Part shown: one piece after another, positions 25,673 to 36,341 of the stretch
Position numbering within the stretch: position 1 is the first letter of the stretch
Layout: each line of letters begins with the position of its first letter
Source: Blepharisma stoltei ATCC 30299
Taxonomy: Eukaryota; Protista; Ciliophora
DNA length: 64,000 nucleotides
Direction of reading: 5' to 3'
Assembly (NCBI GenBank): GCA_965603825.1
Contig: CBFDEM010000036.1
Coordinates: 186,001-250,000 of the forward strand
Notes under the pieces: model-generated
Databases searched by the model: none
What the model saw: the letters and a program-made list of their open reading frames with translations, nothing else
Told to the model about the DNA's origin: nothing
Position numbers and translations under genes: made by a program

Positions 25673-25824
25673 TGATTAAGCTATAGATAAACATTAAGCT
25701 ATGTAGAAAACATTATAAATATTATTTTAGTGGGATTAAGATCAAAATGGCAAAATAAATATTTAAAATTTATGCTATAGGTATTAAATCGGCAAAAAAC
25801 GATTTAGCTTGACTCTATTATTAA

Positions 25825-26436
25825 TTATGAACAGCATTTTTTTTCTTTTGCAACTCCAGGCTGCTGGCTTACAGCTGACGTCACTCTAATAGAGCCTCTT
25901 TTCTCTCTTGTCACTATACTTCTGTTATCCTTAATTTTAATAGCAATTTCTTTAAATAATTGTTCAATCCCATATCTCGTTTTTGCGCTTGTTTTTTTAT
26001 AAATTGCTCCAATAGACTCTGCAAAGCTTTTGGCTTCTTCCATTTCGACTTGTTCTTTTTCAACTAAATCTTCTTTATTTCCTGCAATTGCAACAATTAG
26101 GTTTTTGGGTCCTTGCTCAACTAACTCTTTGTGCCAATTTTTCATTGCTTCATAAGATTTTCTGTTTGTGATATCATAGACTAGGATAGCTGCAACTGCT
26201 TCTGCATAATACATTCTTGCTAAAGAATGGTATCGCTCCTGTCCTGCTGTGTCTCATATGCCAAATTTTATAGTCCCTTCACTTAGATTCACGATTTTTG
26301 AAAGAAATGAGGCTCCTATTGTAGGCTCAATGTCACTGTGATAAGTATCTGCTACAAATCGCAATACAATGCTAGATTTACCAACACCTGCTTCTCCAAG
26401 CAGAACAACTTTGGCTTGAGCTGAATTGTCATCCAT
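25825..26436 (-). CDS. Rab GTPase (Rab5/Rab22-like), 203 aa
   Basis: GEAGVGKS, TIGASFL, I[TGA]DTAGQERYHSLARMYY, NKED, TSAK, C-terminal CCS. Confidence 0.92.
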
Positions 26437-26712
26437 GATTGTTTTTCTACTCCAAAGTCATTATGGAAATATTTTTTATTGTTTTCCCAAAGCTAACGAG
26501 TGAATTAAATAACTCAAGCCTAATTCTAACGATAATAGAAACTTGTTTATTTCTGTTACAAGTCTCAAGATTAATCCTTATCTGAATTTTCCTGCGCCAT
26601 TAGATAGATTATTCCTCATTTATTCAATTTTCTTAAATTTAAGTCACCTTTTTCTTAGCAATTTGAAATAAGAAGCAGCCAAAAAAATAACCATTGATGG
26701 AGATAGAATAAT

Positions 26713-27780
26713 ATGAAAGCAGAGCCAAACCCTAACAAGATCAACAACCAATTCAACGATCGTGTGAGTTCGTCTAATTTAACGCTTGGTCGCCTCTTAA
26801 AACAGCTCAAAGCTGAAAGCACGACCAGTAGCCGTTCCTCTACAACAAGCCTCTGTGGCGATCAACTTCTTAAGTTCCGTGAGCTTTACCAAAACCTTGA
26901 GTCTGGCTCCTTGACCAAAGACAAATTCTCCCAAGCCATTCGTGAAGACCCACAGTTCAAGCCAAACAATAAATTCGACAAAGTTTTAGAAAACCCTCAT
27001 CGCACTTATACTGAACTGCTCAATACAGTTCGGGCTCCACAAGAAACTACTCAATCAGGCTTCTTTGACAACCCTCGCTGCCAAAGATTCCTCAGCTCAA
27101 GCTCTTTGACCACTTTAGGCTCCCAGCGACTTACAAAGCCAAAAATCGAGAACCCAGAATCTTCAATTAGGGACGTAAATTATGATGAACTGTCAGACAA
27201 AATAAAGTTGTACTCGTGTGGAGGGATGGACAGATCAGAATTTATGAATTATTTGTCAGAAAAGCATATTCCTATCACCTTGGAGCTTGAAAGAGACATA
27301 AGAGAGCATGAAACCACCAAATCTGTCGGGTACCAAAGGATAGGGAGATGCATATTTAATTCCTTAAACCAAGATGAAGCAACCACAAGGCTCGCGGGAA
27401 ACCCGAATCAGAAAGACCCAAATACCTTTAGATACTTGAGCAATCCGAATGTAGTCCAAGGAACGCCAGTTACCAAAGAAAAAATGAAAGAAGAGCTACT
27501 GCAAAAAGAATATGACAAAGTTGGCACTGGCATGTATGTCACTCATAAAGGAAAAGCCAAGCCAACTTATCAGGATAATGGAGAGCTGACTGTGTGAAAC
27601 CCTGAGAAGAAGGTTCAGACTGAAGTGAAAGAGCTTGACCACTTGTAAGATTTATTTAGAAAATCCTCTGATTTCTTTACTTGGCAAGGAGATGTAGAAG
27701 ACAACTCGGTATCGAGAAAAGCCAAAATAGACCATGTTGCTGCTCAGAATTCAGGTAACTTTATAGGATGGAGAGATTAA
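26713..27780 (+). CDS. Hypothetical protein (350 aa), possibly with degenerate EF-hand-like helices; 15-nt intron at 27645-27659
   Basis: ORF continues through TGA at 27595 and, after intron removal, ends at TAA 27778-27780. Confidence 0.7.
27645..27659 (+). other. 15-nt intron GTAAGATTTATTTAG
   Basis: GT-AG, A at position 10, in-frame TAA if retained; coding-like sequence resumes after it. Confidence 0.8.
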
Positions 27781-27892
27781 GCTTAATTTAAATAGCTATT
27801 AAAATTATTTTTAGTTTGGCTGTAATTATTATAATATAACATTCTTGCATCCTTCAAAAGAATCAAAATCCTCTAATTTCAAGATATATACA

Positions 27893-28237
27893 TTATTTTA
27901 AGTAAGATATCGTTGGCAGCTTCAGCCTCATTATTTTCCTATGCATATTTTTCTTTTTCTTTTTGCATTCAAAATATATTTTTGTATGAATGTCAATAGG
28001 ACTAATTTCTCCATGATTCAGCGAAATATCTTGTGGCGACATCATAGCCTGAATCATTTTTCGTTTTTTCATAAAATCCTTTAAAGGTTCTAAATCCCCT
28101 TCTTTATGGCTGAGCATAGCACCAGCAAAAGACTTCGGAGAAATAACTTCTGGCAGTTCTACTGAAAATGATTTTATATGAGATGGCATGCTTTCATCTC
28201 TATAATATCTCTGTATCGATCTTCTTGAAAAATCCAT
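27893..28237 (-). CDS. Hypothetical basic protein (114 aa)
   Basis: ATG..TAA ORF starting 6 nt after the Rrp45 stop; no recognisable domain. Confidence 0.6.
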   Translation of the reverse strand: MDFSRRSIQRYYRDESMPSHIKSFSVELPEVISPKSFAGAMLSHKEGDLEPLKDFMKKRKMIQAMMSPQDISLNHGEISPIDIHTKIYFECKKKKKNMHRKIMRLKLPTISYLK

Positions 28238-28243
28238 TTAATT

Positions 28244-29155
28244 TTAGTTACTAATTAGGTCTTCCACCAGCCTATCAGCCCTCTCTGCATTTATTTCGAA
28301 TTGTTCTGGCTCTATATCTTTTGCGGCCTCTAAAGCAGTTCTAATGCTTTTGGTTATGTCCTTCACTTTGAGCCTCGCAACCTCAATGCATTCCATTAGC
28401 AGCGAAGCACCAACACAAGCTGCTCCAGTTTTCTGTAATGTCAGAATATCTCCATAGATGTTCATACTTATCATCAAGCGGCCTTCTAAGACTGATTCTT
28501 CTTTTATCAAAGGATCAAGTATGATGATTCCGTCAGATAAAAAGCCAAAAGTAATGCAAATAGGGAGGAAATGTAAGCTGAGGGGCTTGTATTTTGGCAA
28601 AAATTGAAGATCTCCACTAGGGAGGATTTTAGTTTCTGGAATTCGTGTGTGGGAAAGGCTCAGCAAAGCAGCAATAGTGCATGCATCTAATAAATTACCA
28701 TTGTGTGATAAAATATGCAAGTGAACTTGGATATTTCATGCATACTTTCCTGAGTAAATGCATAAAGACTCAACGTTTAATGCATTAGCTCGCTTAAGCG
28801 TTTTTTCAAGCAAACGCTCGATCTCCTGAGAGATTTCATTGCGGATGCGCCTATTTTTGTTTGATAAGGTGGATCCTAATATTTGTTCAAAATTTGGATG
28901 GGCCATCGGCAGGAAATTAACTGTAAAAGTAAAAAATCCTTCATGTGGGCGATCTGCATATGGTTTATCTATAAAAGCATTCACACATGCGTAAACCAAG
29001 GTATCTCCTAAAGCAACTTCACAGCTTCCACGCTTGTTGTGAAATTGAACTGAAAGTCTCCTATAATCATAAAGACCACGCCCATCAAGACGCTGCTTTG
29101 ACTCTTTAATTGCAAGTAAAATAAAATTCCTTTCATTAGTCGACAAATCTTCCAT
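28244..29155 (-). CDS. RRP45: Exosome complex RNase PH-like subunit Rrp45/EXOSC9 (303 aa)
   Basis: LSTNERNFI..RLDGRGLYDYR, PYADRPHEG, ESLCIYSGKYA[TGA]NIQVHLHILSHNGNLLDA, LSLHFLPICITF, DPLIKEE. Confidence 0.88.
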
Positions 29156-29424
29156 TATTGGAATAATTAATCCATATTAGAGCTCTGAGAGGTAAAATGA
29201 AGTGTAAATTGACAGTTTATCAATATTAATAGCTACTAATTATGAATAATTTTAATAACAATAAAAATTGCCAATTTTTATCGATTTAACTGTATAAACT
29301 ATTACCTGTATAAAGAAATCAATCTAGATCCTTTTCTGCAATAAGCATAACTATAATCCCAAATCAAATATTGTTAAACATAATAAAATAAATCTAGAAT
29401 AATTAATTTAGGAGTAATTTAAAC

Positions 29425-31395
29425 TTAAAACAGCTCGCAGAATCTTTTTGCTCTCACCCCATGCGCTGCTCCAAACTGTCGCAGCAATTCTAGTACTTCA
29501 GTTTGTTTATTCAGTTCAGCTAAATCAAGCGGTGTATACCCTCCATCACAAACAGGTGACAGCGCTGCTCCAAAATGTATCAATTCTGAAGCGACTTGCT
29601 TATGACCATTATGTGCAGCTTGATGTAATGCAGTTCTCGCTGTTTTATCTCTTTTATTAATAAGTGCACCATGCTCACACAAATAAGACAGCAGCCCTGA
29701 ATGTCCACAGGAAGAGGCTGAAATTAATGCAGTCCATCCAAAATGGTCTTCAGAATTTATATCAAACCCAGCCTCTACAAGCCTTTTTAGCAGTTTTTGG
29801 GTATTTCTTTCAGCTGCCAATACTATTAATGGTTTATGGCATTCATTTCCAATAACTGGAATTTTCGAGCCAATTTTCCCTTGACAAACCACCTTTTCTA
29901 AGATTTCCTTTTCCAAATCTATAATTCCTTTAGGTAATAAATGATCAATTATCATTAATACTAAATCTTCTCTTTTTTTTATTATATAAAACTGTGCAGC
30001 TTCATACATTAGGTCTTCAGGAAACATAAAAACTTCAGAGTATTCTGGAGATAATGCCATATCAAGGATATCAGGGCTTGATATCAGAATATTTGGATGG
30101 TGGGGGCATTTAAATAGAGGAACTGAGTTTTCTAGCAAAAAACTAAACATTTCTTTTTTGCCGCTGTTTGCAGTTGCACATACAGGGTTGCAGTACTTTT
30201 CATTATACAAGTTTTTTGTTTGCAATTGATGGTCAAAAAATAGCTGAAAAATCGAAATATCCCCTTTAGATGCTGCAAAAGTGGTTGCTGGAATTTCTGA
30301 AGGATCTGAAAATATAACAGGGCAAATATCAGCTCCACATCTTATTAATAAATCAGCAAGTCCTGTATATCCTGCAGAAATGGCAACATTTAGCAGAGTT
30401 TTTTCATAGTCATTTGAATGGTAGCACAAATCTAAGCCGTGCCTAATCAAGATCCTAAAAGTTTCTACTAATAAATTTTCATCTGTACTATGCCTAATAA
30501 ACTGCATCGGTGGATAATTCCACACGTCTTTTCCTAAATTGTTAGAAGGATGGCACATTAAATCGACATCCCCTCCGAAATCAAGTCACTCCTCTAATCT
30601 TTGTAAATCAGCTTCTTCTTTTAGCTCATAAAGCATTTCTCCTACACTTGCGTCAACAATTTCTATTCCACAGCCCATTAAAAATTCGATTACTTTTGGC
30701 AAGACATCTGTAACGAAAATGACTTTAAGCTGAGAGCCGGATAAGCAGTCTTTAAGCTCGTTAAAAATTACGTCTAAGTGTTCAAGCATTGGGCAGTACA
30801 TTACATCAAGAATTTCAAGTTTTTTAAGACTCCTGAGGATATCTTTGAAATTCAGAAGTGTGGTATGTGTATTTCCTGCATAAAGCTTTTTTAAATTGGT
30901 GAAAGTTTTGACTAAGCTTTCATAGCCTAAAAATGCATTTCTATTATTGGAAAATCGCAGTTCCTCAAGTAAAAACTCAATATCTTCATCTGGGTCTTTG
31001 GACTGCAAATCAGTTTTATAAGTATAAATAGAGCTTCAAAGCTGTCCCAAGCTGATATTATTATTTGTGAGATTAAGTTTCAACAATCTAGGCTGCAGTA
31101 TAATAATCTTTGATAATTCTGTGTCGTTTATATTTATATTACGCAAATCAAGTGAAGATAGCTTTCAAGGAATCTGATGTTTTTCAGATTTGTCAAATAG
31201 GCGGATCACTGTTCCCGCATGAAGATTTCCAGGTTGGCTTTTTTGATTTTTTGAGCCTTGGAATGAAAAATAGTGATCTGCAATTTCAATGGCATGCTTT
31301 CACTTCTTACACACTAATGAAAGCTGAATTACCTCGTCAAATGGGCCGACTGCACTGAGAATTAAAGAAAGAATTGGGATTGGAACTTTTTCCAT
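29425..31395 (-). CDS. F-box + LRR + ankyrin-repeat protein ending in CaaX-like CELF (656 aa)
   Basis: MEKVPIPILSLILSAV..LSLVCKK[TGA] F-box; LxxLxL repeats; ankyrin motifs (GWTALISA, RTALHQAA, GYTPLDLA); single frame via TGA. Confidence 0.82.
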
Positions 31396-31555
31396 TTATA
31401 ACTAATGTTTAAATTTTGTTTCGATTATTAAATATCTCGTTGAATTAATATTAAAAACATAAATTAATAATAGCATTTCTCAAAGTATAAAATAATAAAA
31501 AAATTGCATTTTAACACTAAATTAAATAGCCTGATCCTTATTGATAAAATAGCAT

Positions 31556-33550
31556 TTAAAACATTTCGCATCGCTTTTTCAGATTTTCCCCAGAAACTGC
31601 TCCATGTGCTAAAAGCATATCTTTAATAGCAGTCCTTTGGTTTATCATTGCAAAGTCCAAAGGTGTGCTTTTTTCGTTAGAGGTCGGAGATAGATGTGCC
31701 TTTAATCTGATCAGTTCTTTGACAACTTCTATGTGTCCATTTTCAACTGCAAGATGCAGAGATGTCTGTCCTCTTTGGTTTACTTTATCTATTTTAGCCC
31801 CATGCTTATATAAATAAGAAAGAATTTCATAGTTCCCTGAGTCTGCAGCCAACATAAATCCTGTCCATCCGTATTCATCCTCTGAGTTTATATCAAATCC
31901 ATTTTTTAATAGCCAAGATAGCACTTTATAGCTTTTATATTGAATTGCCAAACACATAAGAGGTTTGTAATAGATACTTTCCATATTTAAGCGTCGATCT
32001 GAATATAAAAGCTTTCTTTCTTGGTTTTTAATATCTAAATGAATGATAAACTCTAGCAATCTAATCGCTTGTGACTCGTGCTGATGTACTGTATAAAAGC
32101 GTGAAGCTTCATAGATCATTCATAGTGGAATTTCAGCTGACTTTAAATAACCTTCACTTATAGCGATTTCAACAATTGAATAATTTTCAAGAAGATAATT
32201 TCTGTGCTGTGGGCATTTATAATAGGGAAATTTATTTATAATCAAGTAGCTGAAGAGTTCAATATTCCCATCAACAGCAGCGCTGCAGACAGGATTGCAA
32301 TGCTTTGATTTATAAAAATCAATTTTTTCCAGCCCAAATTCGAAAAAGAGCTCACAAATTTGCCAATTTCCTTTGTGGGCTGAAAAAGTTGCTGCCGGCT
32401 TTTCATATAAATCTGAAATTTCAACCCGAGAAGTAAAGCCATGATGGTCATTTCTCCCTCGCAAAATTTCCAATAACTCTCCATAAGGAACAGGGCATAA
32501 ATCAGCTCCATTGCTAATAAGAATCCTTAATAGTTCCTTATGATCAAAATTTATTGCAGAGTTAATAAGAGTTTTTTCAAATAAATGTGAATGGTGGCTT
32601 AAATCCAGCCCATATCTTATCAGCACTCTAAAAAGATTCATCAATAATTCTTGGTTTTTGATTTCTCTTATAATTTCCATTTGCGGATATGACGAAACAT
32701 CTTCATTATGTATTTCACTCATCAAATTTACATCTAAACCTTGATTGAGCATATTTTCAATTCTTTGTGTATCATCATTTGTTTTAAAATCATGCAATAA
32801 TTTACCTATTGTAGTATCAATAACAGTTAATCCTTTATTTTTTAACAGTTCGATTGCGATTGAGTTTGATTTTGTTGGAGAAATGAAAAGCTTTTTAATA
32901 GTAAGAGCTTTTAAATTAATATTTAAATCGAAAAAGAATTCATCAAGTGCATCAATTTTGGGGCAGTTGCTGATATCCAGGACTTCTATTTTATGTGAGT
33001 TTTCTATCAAAACTTTTAAATCATAAGGGGAAATCTCTGTATTTCCCGCATATAATTGTTTTAAATTTGGGAAAATTTTGACAAGTAAATCAAATCGTAA
33101 ATCATTAGTTTTATTGTTTGTAATTTTCAATACTTCTAAGATAAAATTTTTTTTCCCTAGAAACCCTTCATATGATAAGTCAACATTTAATTCTTCAATT
33201 GCTAGCAAAAAGTTTTCTAAATTGATTTTATTGTTAGAGAGATCCAGAGAAATCATCTGAGGCTGTGATACAATTATTTTTGCTAAAAAGTCGACATCTA
33301 AAATATATACATTTTTCAGATCCAAGTGAAAGATTTTTCACCCATCAAGAAACTTAGAAAGAGCTATCCTTATATCAATACTTCCCGGAAAAAATTTTGG
33401 TTCAAGTGATCCTTGAAATGATACATAATGCTGAGCCTTGGATATTAAATTTCTTCACTTTTTACAAACTTTCGCGAGCCTGAGTATGTTAGGAAAAGGG
33501 CCAGATATAGATAAAATAATAGTAAGAATAGGGGAGGGAATTTTGTTCAT
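31556..33550 (-). CDS. Tandem paralog: F-box + LRR + ankyrin-repeat protein ending in CEMF (664 aa)
   Basis: MNKIPPPILTIIL..LAKVCKK[TGA]; collinear with 29425-31395; ORFs joined by TGA at 32120. Confidence 0.82.
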
Positions 33551-33758
33551 GAGCTGCTTGAAGCTAAAATAAAAAATGCATTAATTTCATATTTTAATGA
33601 AATAAGGATAAATAGAAAGTTTATGTGTAGGAATTCATTTTAATTATAACTAAGAAATCTGATAATATGATGGATACAGGAAATTATTAAAAGACATTCA
33701 GATAATTTCTCTTTGTCGAGGATCTACTATTAATATCACAAGAATAATTAAAGTTTGC

Positions 33759-33831
33759 TCCGCATTTGTCTAGCTGGTTAGGATATCAGGCCTTCACCCT
33801 GAAGACCCGGGTTCGAGTCCCGGATGCGGAA
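33759..33831 (+). tRNA. tRNA-Glu (anticodon TTC)
   Basis: Acceptor TCCGCAT/ATGCGGA+A, D arm GTCTAGCTGGTTAGGAT, anticodon stem TCAGG/CCTGA with loop CCTTCAC, T arm CCGGGTTCGAGTCCCGG. Confidence 0.92.
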
Positions 33832-33834
33832 TCC

Positions 33835-33839
33835 TTTTT
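33835..33839 (+). terminator. Pol III oligo-T terminator of the tRNA gene
   Basis: TTTTT three nt after the discriminator base. Confidence 0.65.
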
Positions 33840-34151
33840 ATAACTTCTGGTGACGTATTTTTATCACAATTATTTTAATTCCTTTATAAAGCATCATAGT
33901 TTCTGTTGATTTTGAATATTTCGCAAGATTATTCATAAATGATATTTATTTAAACATATATGAGCGAAAAATGAGACAAACGCCATTATAAAATGGATTC
34001 AATTGCAATTCAAATATTTAATCATAATTGTTAAAGAAAACAAATATAGCTAGGCATTAAATTTATCATGCTATCTGATTAAACGGCTTTTTATTATCAT
34101 AATTATTAAGCATTTTTGGTTTAACATCCCAATAATTTTTATATATAATAA

Positions 34152-35150
34152 ATGGGTATAAGTTGCCTAAAATTAAAGCAAGAAAATTATCCGTCTAAAA
34201 TTGAAGTAATTGCAGGAGAAAACAAATTTTACCTCCGCTCAGTCCCAGATTCATTTTTATCTCTTGATACCATGATAAACTGTAAGGCTAGCAAGTATTG
34301 TCCTCAGACAGATCCTTTGAACTATTATTCCATCACCTATGTGAATGAGAAAGTTGGCTTTCATTTAAAACTACTCGACGATAAATCTTATCGTGCCGCC
34401 GCAAGATCTGCTAAAGGTGAAACTCTCAAAATAAAAATAGAGCCTTCAAGCTATCGAAACATGATCTATTTTTCTATCAAAAAAACAGGAATTTTTAATT
34501 TCGACTCCCTTCTTTCACTTATTTTGCCAAAAGTGTCAGAATTAGAAGAAAACGTCGCATCGCTACTTCAATCCTACGATGCAATTATGAAGTTCTCCAG
34601 GTGCTTCTGTGTCAGGTGCAGCTGCCCTACTTTTCAAATGTCAGTGACCGTTCTTTTACTAGCAATTTTATCTGATTGCAGAAGCAAAGGCTGCGCTTAT
34701 AATTTTTTGTCCCGATTTCCCTTTATTGAATTCAATACGGATAGTTTAGGTTCAGAAGGGAAAGAGGCAGCAAGATACTGGAATGATATGATTTGCCACT
34801 TAGAAAAAGTGCTTCCTGCAATGAATGAAGTCTGCGAAACTTTTAAAAGAATGCAAAAAATGATTCAATTTGAGGTTGAGAATTTTCAAAAAAATAAAGA
34901 AATTGATTTGAGTGTTTTGCTTGAAAATTCAAAAAGCATGTCACAGTGCGCACTTATAGGGAAGCCTTTAGAAAGGAAAATAAAAAGTATTTATAAAGAT
35001 ATTGAAGAAGCTTCAGTTACCCTACAGAATCCACAAGATCAAAAAATACTTGAGGAAGTATCAAAAATGATCAAGCTTTCAAAAGCAAACGACGCGTGCT
35101 CTGCAATAGGATTATTCGGCCTTAGAGGTAGTTTAAGAGTTAATGTATAA
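34152..35150 (+). CDS. Hypothetical protein (332 aa), possible N-terminal acylation motif MGISC
   Basis: Uninterrupted ATG..TAA ORF. Confidence 0.7.
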   Translation: MGISCLKLKQENYPSKIEVIAGENKFYLRSVPDSFLSLDTMINCKASKYCPQTDPLNYYSITYVNEKVGFHLKLLDDKSYRAAARSAKGETLKIKIEPSSYRNMIYFSIKKTGIFNFDSLLSLILPKVSELEENVASLLQSYDAIMKFSRCFCVRCSCPTFQMSVTVLLLAILSDCRSKGCAYNFLSRFPFIEFNTDSLGSEGKEAARYWNDMICHLEKVLPAMNEVCETFKRMQKMIQFEVENFQKNKEIDLSVLLENSKSMSQCALIGKPLERKIKSIYKDIEEASVTLQNPQDQKILEEVSKMIKLSKANDACSAIGLFGLRGSLRVNV

Positions 35151-35180
35151 AATCTTAGAAATCCTAGAATTAAGTAGAAA

Positions 35181-36335
35181 TTAAACAGTTCCGTATTGAG
35201 AGTGGACATTAAACCCTACTTTTCCATCATCGCCTTCATATGATCCAAGCTCTTTATCTAATGCTGGCTTTTTTAAAACACTAGATTGCGGTTTACGACT
35301 TTTAAGCCAGCTCCAAAGTCCTGAGACAGCCTCTCCGCACGACTCTCCACATGAATCTTCACATATATTTTCTCCTTTCAATTTTTGATTGTACATATAC
35401 CATAGTAACCACAATGCACCTCCAGCACCTAACAAAAAGAAAATTGTTCCCCAGCCAATTTTACTTTTGCTTTTCTTTACCGCCCCACACTTCTTAAAGA
35501 AATGGAGCTCAATATCATGAAAATATGGGATCTCAATTACTAAAACCAGTTCTTCTTTAATTCCATCATCAATGAGACAATTAAAATTGATTTGCAGCTC
35601 TTTTCTTTCTGAGTCTAGCCATCCTCCAGTCATTGCACTTCCATTAAGTGTGGGGTACATTACTTCATGATCTGTGATGATATAAGGACTGTTGAGAAAA
35701 GTTTTTGTAATTTCGTCAGTCATATAAAGATATACCAAAATATCATCAGAATCGCTGGAAACTGTGTAAGAATCATCCTTTGTGTTTCCATCAAATAATA
35801 AAGTTGGGACGCCATCATAAGCTAGCTCTGCTGAGTTCATTCCAAAGCCAATTGACAGCCCACTTCTCGTTGCTGTCGGCTGGCCACAAACTTTTAGCCA
35901 ATTCACAGTGATCGGGTCACACCCAGAAGCCCCGAAAGTCACATTCATATGTAGAGTTGTCCCTCCTTCCCTATTCAGACATTCCTGCTCAACCTTATAC
36001 ACTGTGTATTCACTGAATAGGCCTGAAATTTTTTCATCTTTTGTGACATTCATCCATATCCACTTGTGATCGTCAGGCTTTAGCTCATCTTCATGATGGA
36101 ATTCAATTGATTCAAAATCAGGGCTTATAAGTTCTAACCCACGTACATAAAAATAAATAATTGCTTCACTTGGAGGAGATTTGTAAGCAGCATTTTGAAA
36201 AGTCCAACCTGGCTGTATAACACCAGACGACACGATATCCCCGATTTTCCCATTGTCAGAGCCTATATCAATCTGTGAGCAAAACAAAGCTGATGTGTAC
36301 GCGACGATAAAAATTAAAATTAGTCGTTTTCCCAT
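35181..36335 (-). CDS. Type I single-pass membrane protein (384 aa) with C-terminal YGTV sorting-like motif
   Basis: Signal peptide, Cys-containing lumenal domain with two similar halves, TM helix IGWGTIFFLLGAGGALWLLWYMY, tail ..YGTV*. Confidence 0.75.
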   Translation of the reverse strand: MGKRLILIFIVAYTSALFCSQIDIGSDNGKIGDIVSSGVIQPGWTFQNAAYKSPPSEAIIYFYVRGLELISPDFESIEFHHEDELKPDDHKWIWMNVTKDEKISGLFSEYTVYKVEQECLNREGGTTLHMNVTFGASGCDPITVNWLKVCGQPTATRSGLSIGFGMNSAELAYDGVPTLLFDGNTKDDSYTVSSDSDDILVYLYMTDEITKTFLNSPYIITDHEVMYPTLNGSAMTGGWLDSERKELQINFNCLIDDGIKEELVLVIEIPYFHDIELHFFKKCGAVKKSKSKIGWGTIFFLLGAGGALWLLWYMYNQKLKGENICEDSCGESCGEAVSGLWSWLKSRKPQSSVLKKPALDKELGSYEGDDGKVGFNVHSQYGTV

Positions 36336-36341
36336 TTTTTA

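Noticed and set aside
28238-36341. Stop-codon readthrough fusions across the two in-frame 6-nt spacers
   Set aside because: Each spacer contains a second in-frame TAA, and the downstream membrane protein has its own signal peptide
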